Positions 26,520-32,000 of a DNA stretch of 32,000 nt are shown piece by piece. A program made the position numbers and the translations under genes. The DNA is from Crocosphaera subtropica ATCC 51142. GTDB taxonomy: Bacteria; Cyanobacteriota; Cyanobacteriia; Cyanobacteriales; Microcystaceae. Under the pieces are notes generated by a model. That model searched no databases. It saw only the letters and a program-made list of their open reading frames with translations, and had not been told where the DNA came from. The DNA lies in contig NC_010546.1 of NCBI RefSeq assembly GCF_000017845.1, positions 3,090,001 through 3,122,000 of the forward strand, given 5' to 3'. Position 1 is the stretch's first letter. Each line of letters starts with the position of its first letter.

Positions 26520-29500
26520 TCATTTCAATTTTTTGACCGACTGTTTGAGTTTACCCAAAAACTGATCCAGTTGCTTTTGATCGAGGTTGGCTGAAGCAAA
26601 GTCTGAAGGGGTATAACCGCCAGTCTTGGAAGACTGACAATGGACAATAAACGCTTCTAGGGTACTCAGAACTTTCTTCCCTAGGCCTTCTATGGTTTCA
26701 CGACGATGGATCTGCTGACTATAGGTCAAGGTTAATTGTAACTGTTTTTGAGCGATCGCCCCTGTTATTTCCAGTAAGTAACGACGACTTCCTTGAGGAG
26801 AACGAACCCACCCTGTTGACTCCTCCGCTAGTCCTGAGATAAATTCTTGAGTGGTGATCCGATCAACTTCACCCAGATAGTTAAAATTGATGGAAGATGA
26901 CCTTTTATTGAGGATTTTTCGCCCCAAATAACGCAGAATACCGTAATTAATTCCCTGTTTAGCGACCTGACGATACTGTTCTTTTACAGACTTGATCACG
27001 TCTCCCAAAGACCCCATAGACTTTAATTCTAATCGTACAGGAAAAATGACAGTAAACCAGCCGACGGTACGGGAGAGATTAACCGTTTCAAAGATATCTT
27101 CCCGTCCATGACCCTCTACATCAATGATCAGCGATCGCTCACCAGTCCATTGAGAAATACTTTGATACAATGCAGCAAGTAACACCTCATTGAGTTGGGC
27201 ATGATAAGCTGAAGCCACTTCTTCTTGTAAAGCATTGGTTTGTTCGATACTGAGGGTAAGGGAAATGCGATCGCTTGACCCTACAGTATTATGATTCAAG
27301 CTTGTATAGTCTGTCGGTAGAGAAACCCCCTCAGACATTGACCAGACATCACTATCTAACCCCTCAGACTGACTATAATTAAGTAGCTGGTTGGCCCAGG
27401 TTTGATAAGCAGTGGTTTTCGGTGGCAGTTTAACCAGTTCTCCGTGTAATAATTGCTGATAAACAGTGACAAAATCTTCTAATAAAATGCGCCAGGACAC
27501 GCTATCTACTACCAGGTGATGAATAACGAATAAAAGACGACTTTTTTGCCCTTTTCCTAAGTCAAACCAAGCACCTCGAACCAGTAGCCCTTCCGATAAG
27601 TTCAAGGTAGTTTGTAACCTAGCACAGATGGATTCTATGGCTAAACTTTGAGCTTTTTTGCTTAAATTTTCGAGATTAATGGTTGAAAAAGGAATATTAT
27701 TATCAGTATTCCCATAAAACTGTTTCCATGCTTCCCCCTGCTGCGTAAATCGAAGTCTGAGAGCATCATGATGGATTAATAAGTGATGTAATGCCTGTTC
27801 TAAATAGTAGGGATTAAGATCAGGGAGAGCCTCTAACAATAAGGTTTGATTATAGTGGTGAGGGTCAGGTAACTGCTGCTCAAAAAACCAATGTTGAATA
27901 GGGGTCAAAGGCACCGAACCTGTTACCATGCCTTGCTCTGCTGAGGTTGTGGCTAAAACATTGGCAACGGAGGCTAATTCGGCGATGGTTTGACACTGAA
28001 ATAACTGCCTTGGGGTTAATTGTAACCCCGCTTGATTCGCCCTAGCAATGATTTGCAGACCTAAAATAGAGTCTCCCCCCAATTCAAAAAAGTTATCATA
28101 AACACCAACCTCCATCTTGCCTAAAACATCCCGCCAAATCTCGGTTAGCGTCGCTTCTTGGGGGGTACGAGGTTCTATTAGGCTTTTTTTGACATTTCTC
28201 TGGGAAAAGTCCGCCACAGGGAATCTTTGACGGTCAATTTTACCGTTTGGGGTCAAAGGAAAAGCATCTAATGAAATAAATAACGTCGGAACCATATAGG
28301 CCGGCAGCTTCTCAGACAAAAACTGACGCAGATCAGGGGGTTCAGAGGAAGCCACCACATAAGCCACTAAACGAGGAGTCTTGTTATTATCTTCTTGAAC
28401 AACAGCGATCGCCTCTTGAACCTGGGGATGCTGTCTTAACATTCCTTCAATTTCCCCTAATTCAATGCGAAATCCCCGAATTTTAACCTGATTATCAATA
28501 CGTCCTAAATATTCTATTGTTCCATCTGGTAGGTAACGAGCCAGATCCCCCGTTTTATACAAACGACTCCCTTCGATCCCCCCAACCCCTCTTAGTAAGG
28601 GGGGCGAAGGGGGGAGCGGAATAAACCTTTCTGCGGTTAAGTCGGGTCGGTTAAAGTACCCTCTAGCAACCCCAACCCCACCGATATAGAGTTCCCCTGG
28701 AACCCCTATGGGAGTTGGTTGTAAGTATTGATCTAAGATGTAAAGTTCAGTATTAGCGATAGGACGACCGATAGGAACATTCTCTGTCTGAGAGACTTGA
28801 GACGGAACTTCATAAACACAGCAACCGACAACGGTTTCGGTGGGGCCATATTCATTGATCAGACGAGTCTGGGGACATTTTTCTTGCCAAAAGGTCAAAC
28901 TGTGTTGCGATAAAGCTTCACCCCCAATAATTAAAGCATGACTTTGAGGGATTTTTTCTTTTTCAGCTAATAAAGAATTTAAAATACTTAAGTGAGCGGG
29001 AGTTAGCTTAACTAAACTTAAGTTTTCTTGGGTAAATACTTCACTTAACGCTTCAATTTCCCCTGTTTCTGGCAATAAAATTACTTTTTGTCCCACTAAA
29101 AGGGGAGTCAATAAACTGGTAATGGTGGCATCAAACGCAATAGAAGAATTAACAGGAGAACCACACCCTTCCGTCACAGGATAAGTAGCGATCGCCCAGG
29201 TTAAATAATTACTCAAACCACCATGAGTGATCAAGGTTCCTTTGGGTTTTCCTGTCGATCCTGATGTATAAATCACATAAGCTAAATTATCTTCAAATAA
29301 GGAAATAACGGAATTTTCCTGACTTTCAGAGGCAATAAGTGGCCAATCTTGATCAAGGGTTATTTTGGAGGCAGAAGTAGGGAATGTTTGAGAAATAGCT
29401 GTTTTTGTCTCCGTTAACAACACTGCTATTTGAGCATCTTCAACCATAAAAGCAATGCGTTCAGACGGGTAAGTAGGATCAATGGGAACATAAGCGGAAC

Positions 29501-31265
29501 CTGCCTTGAGAACCCCTAAAATAGCAATTAATAGATCAGGCGATCGCTCCATCAAAATGCCTACTTTGACCTCTGGTTTCACCCCCAAAGTTTGTAGATA
29601 ATGGGCTAGTTGGTTCGCTTTGCTGTTGAGTTCTCGATAGGTTAGTTGTTGTTGTGCAGAAGTAACAGCAATATTATTGGGCGTTTTTTCAACTTGTGCT
29701 TCAAACAGTTGAGAAATAAAAATATTTTCCAGTTGCTTAGTCTCTGTTTTATTCCACTCAAGCAATAACTGTTTTTCTTCCTTTTCAGTCAATAAAGACA
29801 GTTCAGAAATATGAGCTTGAGGCTTACTAATAATATCCCTTAAAAGTACCTGAAAATGACCTAACATACGGGCGATCATTTCAGCCTCAAACAGATCAAG
29901 ACTATATTCGACCACCGCTAACAGTCCCGTTTCCCGTTCTACTAGATGCCAAGTCATATCAAACTTAGTAGACTGGGTATCGATCCAAGACTGAGAGAGA
30001 CTTAACCCAGGGATAGCCAGTTCAGGAGAAAGAGCATTTTGTAGTTGATAGGCTTCATTTTGTACTTGAAACATTACCTGAAATAGAGGATTATGACTTT
30101 CATCCCGTTCAGGTTGCAGGGTGTCTACTAACTTGGCAAAGGGTAAATCTTGATGTTGGTACGCTTGGGAAGTTGTCTGTTTAACTTGCTTCAATAAAGC
30201 TACAAAAGAAGGATTACCAGATAAATCACTGCGTAAAACCAACGTATTAACAAAAAAACCAATTAATGGCTCCGTTTCCGCCCAATTTCGATTAGCAATA
30301 GGCGAACCGACTACAATATCATTCTGACCACTATAACGATGGAGTAAAATTTTAAAGGCAGTCAACAGGGTCATAAATAAAGTGACTCCCTGCTGACGAC
30401 TCAGGGTTTTTAGCGCATTAGTTAACGCTTTATCCAGAGTAAAAGATTGAATGCCACCTCGCAACGTCGGTACATGAGGACGAGGGTAGTCTGTGGGAAG
30501 ATTAAGCACAGAAACATTAGCTAATTGTTTCTTCCAATAGTCTAAGTGTGCTTGTAACTCTTCTCCTGCTAACCATTGTCTTTGCCAGGCTGCAAAATCA
30601 CTGTATTGAATAGATAACTCAGGTAAAGAAACGGACTCACCCGAAGAAAATGCTTTGTAAACAGTCGCTAACTCTTTTAACAAAATACCCCTTGACCAAC
30701 CATCGGCAATAATATGGTGAAGAACAACCAATACAGTCGATTTTTGGGGACTTAATTGAAGCAACCACACCCGTAATAATAAATCTTCTGCTAAGTTAAA
30801 AGGTTGTTTTGCTGCTTTGTTTTCCAAATACTTTACTTCTTTTTCTCGTTTCTTTTCTGGTAATTGTTGTAAATCAATTTTTGGAACTGTTAACGTTAAA
30901 TTAGGGATTATTTCGACAATAGGGTTCCCCTCAACGGCCATAAACCTTGTTTTTAAAGACTCATGACGCTTAATAATTGTATTAAAACTTTTTTCTAAAA
31001 TAGTATGATCAAGACTTCCCGTAAACTGCCAGGCGATCGCAATATTATAGGCAGGACTTTCAGGATCTAGTTGATGTAGAAACCATAATCTTTCTTGGGC
31101 TAAAGACAGCGGTATATTCTCATAATTTTGCCGTTTAGGAATAGTTTGCTGGGGAATTTGTAGATTTTTTTCTTTTAATTGTTGCTCAAAAATTGCCCGT
31201 TTTTCAGGAGGTAAAGCAGCAATTCGTTGTTTTAAAGCTTCTAAATTTGTTTTTTTTCCAGACAT
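26520..31265 (-). CDS. Non-ribosomal peptide synthetase, one module: C-A-T-E (A-domain code matches Asn, with a terminal epimerisation domain)
   Basis: 1581 aa. C domain: LSLAQERLWFL, HHIIADGWS (aa 183-191), IGFFVNTLVLR. A domain: LAYVIYTSGSTGKPKGT, FDATITS, NEYGPTE, YKTGDL, GRIDNQVKIRGFRIELGEIE, PNGKID. T domain: FFELGGDSILGLQI, the GGDSI form typical of carriers that feed an E domain. E domain: HHLVVDSVSWRILLEDF, ending ..GGYTPSDFASANLDQKQLDQFLGKLKQSVKKLK. Confidence 0.97.
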   Translation of the reverse strand: MSGKKTNLEALKQRIAALPPEKRAIFEQQLKEKNLQIPQQTIPKRQNYENIPLSLAQERLWFLHQLDPESPAYNIAIAWQFTGSLDHTILEKSFNTIIKRHESLKTRFMAVEGNPIVEIIPNLTLTVPKIDLQQLPEKKREKEVKYLENKAAKQPFNLAEDLLLRVWLLQLSPQKSTVLVVLHHIIADGWSRGILLKELATVYKAFSSGESVSLPELSIQYSDFAAWQRQWLAGEELQAHLDYWKKQLANVSVLNLPTDYPRPHVPTLRGGIQSFTLDKALTNALKTLSRQQGVTLFMTLLTAFKILLHRYSGQNDIVVGSPIANRNWAETEPLIGFFVNTLVLRSDLSGNPSFVALLKQVKQTTSQAYQHQDLPFAKLVDTLQPERDESHNPLFQVMFQVQNEAYQLQNALSPELAIPGLSLSQSWIDTQSTKFDMTWHLVERETGLLAVVEYSLDLFEAEMIARMLGHFQVLLRDIISKPQAHISELSLLTEKEEKQLLLEWNKTETKQLENIFISQLFEAQVEKTPNNIAVTSAQQQLTYRELNSKANQLAHYLQTLGVKPEVKVGILMERSPDLLIAILGVLKAGSAYVPIDPTYPSERIAFMVEDAQIAVLLTETKTAISQTFPTSASKITLDQDWPLIASESQENSVISLFEDNLAYVIYTSGSTGKPKGTLITHGGLSNYLTWAIATYPVTEGCGSPVNSSIAFDATITSLLTPLLVGQKVILLPETGEIEALSEVFTQENLSLVKLTPAHLSILNSLLAEKEKIPQSHALIIGGEALSQHSLTFWQEKCPQTRLINEYGPTETVVGCCVYEVPSQVSQTENVPIGRPIANTELYILDQYLQPTPIGVPGELYIGGVGVARGYFNRPDLTAERFIPLPPSPPLLRGVGGIEGSRLYKTGDLARYLPDGTIEYLGRIDNQVKIRGFRIELGEIEGMLRQHPQVQEAIAVVQEDNNKTPRLVAYVVASSEPPDLRQFLSEKLPAYMVPTLFISLDAFPLTPNGKIDRQRFPVADFSQRNVKKSLIEPRTPQEATLTEIWRDVLGKMEVGVYDNFFELGGDSILGLQIIARANQAGLQLTPRQLFQCQTIAELASVANVLATTSAEQGMVTGSVPLTPIQHWFFEQQLPDPHHYNQTLLLEALPDLNPYYLEQALHHLLIHHDALRLRFTQQGEAWKQFYGNTDNNIPFSTINLENLSKKAQSLAIESICARLQTTLNLSEGLLVRGAWFDLGKGQKSRLLFVIHHLVVDSVSWRILLEDFVTVYQQLLHGELVKLPPKTTAYQTWANQLLNYSQSEGLDSDVWSMSEGVSLPTDYTSLNHNTVGSSDRISLTLSIEQTNALQEEVASAYHAQLNEVLLAALYQSISQWTGERSLIIDVEGHGREDIFETVNLSRTVGWFTVIFPVRLELKSMGSLGDVIKSVKEQYRQVAKQGINYGILRYLGRKILNKRSSSINFNYLGEVDRITTQEFISGLAEESTGWVRSPQGSRRYLLEITGAIAQKQLQLTLTYSQQIHRRETIEGLGKKVLSTLEAFIVHCQSSKTGGYTPSDFASANLDQKQLDQFLGKLKQSVKKLK

Positions 31266-31364
31266 TTAATTTCAATAAAATTATTGTTACTAATTGTTTG
31301 AGGAAACAAGCTAAACTCGATCTGACTTTTAACCTGAGTTCGACGGAAGAGAATCTATGGAGAA

Positions 31365-31481
31365 CTGATATTAAATCTCTTTGAATACTATACTTGATAG
31401 TAGGGTAAGCAGGGGGAGCAGAGGAGGAAGGGTTTGCAGTCATGATTTTAATGATGAGTCATTAAGCGTATTTCATATCAG
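31365..31481 (+). mobile_element. MITE-like small dispersed repeat, copy 3 (117 bp), between the MFS gene stop and the NRPS-2 start
   Basis: Terminal inverted repeats: ctgatattaaatct (31365-31378) versus gtatttcatatcag (31468-31481), 12/14 complementary. The internal sequence is nearly collinear with copy 2. Confidence 0.7.
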
Positions 31482-31493
31482 GTAATGAAAGGA

Positions 31494-32000
31494 TTAATCC
31501 TCTGTCTTGAAAAGGAAAAGTAAACTAGCAGTCAACGCCAACCCACTCCCCACCAAAAAAGGAGCTTGAGGATTCACCTGTTGCCACAAGAAACCGGCTA
31601 AGAGACTTGCAGGTAACAAAACGATACCAATGACTAAATTAATAACACCAAAGGCAGTCCCACGCAACTCTCCAGGGGCAAGGTCAGCCACCAACGCCAA
31701 CAAAATACCTTGACTCATGCCCAAATATATACCATAAAGCGCAAACAGCCCCCAAATTTGTCCAGGTCGATCAGCTAAAGCAAAACCGAGATAAACCAAA
31801 GAAAATAACCAGAATGCCCCAATAAGTAACCCTTTTCTACCGATACGATCAGACAGTAACCCCAAGGGATAGGCACTCAACAGATAGGAAAAATTCATAA
31901 TAATCATGGATAAAGGAACCCAGGAAGCAGCAATACCTACCTGTTGGGCTTTTAACAGTAAAAACGCATCGCTGAAGTTTCCTAAATTAAAGACAACCGC
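31494..32000 (-). CDS. MFS transporter, N-terminal part off-window (C-terminal ~168 aa visible)
   Basis: The track ORF (137 aa) starts at an internal Met. The frame stays open to nt 32000 (AVVFNLGNFSDAFLLLKAQQVGIAASWVPLSMIIMNF...). The MFS loop motif LSDRIGRKGLL and several TM helices are present. Confidence 0.8.
   Translation of the reverse strand, partial: AVVFNLGNFSDAFLLLKAQQVGIAASWVPLSMIIMNFSYLLSAYPLGLLSDRIGRKGLLIGAFWLFSLVYLGFALADRPGQIWGLFALYGIYLGMSQGILLALVADLAPGELRGTAFGVINLVIGIVLLPASLLAGFLWQQVNPQAPFLVGSGLALTASLLFLFKTED

Noticed and set aside
26383-26565. The 60-aa ORF encoding SRGSRGGRGSRGEG
   Set aside because: It lies inside MITE copy 2 and overlaps the NRPS-2 stop region. The Gly/Arg repeat is just the translated purine-rich core.
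31193-31443. ORFs 31193..31384 (+) and 31204..31443 (-)
   Set aside because: They span the NRPS-2 start region and MITE copy 3. They are low-complexity with no motifs and are better explained as an intergenic repeat.

Overview
All family calls below come from motif recognition by eye, with no BLAST or HMM. Hand-counted coordinates may be off by 1-2 nt.

This is an AT-rich cyanobacterial chromosomal segment. It has at least 18 perfect HIP1 octamers (GCGATCGC), against roughly 0.2 expected from base composition.

**Left third (1-9632, minus strand): a cell-surface island.**
- A giant adhesin-like protein runs off the left edge (more than 1836 aa in the window), so it is missing from the ORF track. 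It has a DUF4347 N-terminus, two Calx-beta-like modules and RTX nonapeptides at the C-terminal end.
- Its body is a 3.5-kb array of near-identical in-frame 348/339-bp tandem repeats.
- Two paralogous PEP-CTERM proteins follow it.

**Right two thirds (about 10.2-31.3 kb): an orphan NRPS gene cluster.**
- Genes: VOC-like protein, AMIN-type TonB-dependent receptor, a lone MacB-type ABC ATPase, a membrane fatty-acid-hydroxylase-family enzyme, NRPS-1, a 1015-aa fusion protein, a SAM methyltransferase, a class-III aminotransferase, an MbtH-like protein, three unknown ORFs and convergent NRPS-2.
- NRPS-1 is dock-C-A-T. NRPS-2 is C-A(Asn code)-T-E.
- The 1015-aa protein joins a CmlA-like diiron beta-hydroxylase, an internal TubC-type docking domain and a carrier-less thioester reductase.
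- No TE domain is present. I infer reductive release followed by transamination and methylation, giving a small D-Asn-containing amine that may be iron-related.

**Most unusual signals.**
- The fusion junction in the 1015-aa protein is a slippage-prone purine heptamer tract. Both alternative frames stop immediately upstream of an SD plus ATG that starts the dock-reductase half.
- A roughly 80-130-bp MITE-like element with terminal inverted repeats and the same purine-rich core occurs three times, at cluster and gene borders.
- Both A domains carry G/C-tract palindromic in-frame insertions at the same loop.

A partial MFS transporter gene runs off the right edge.
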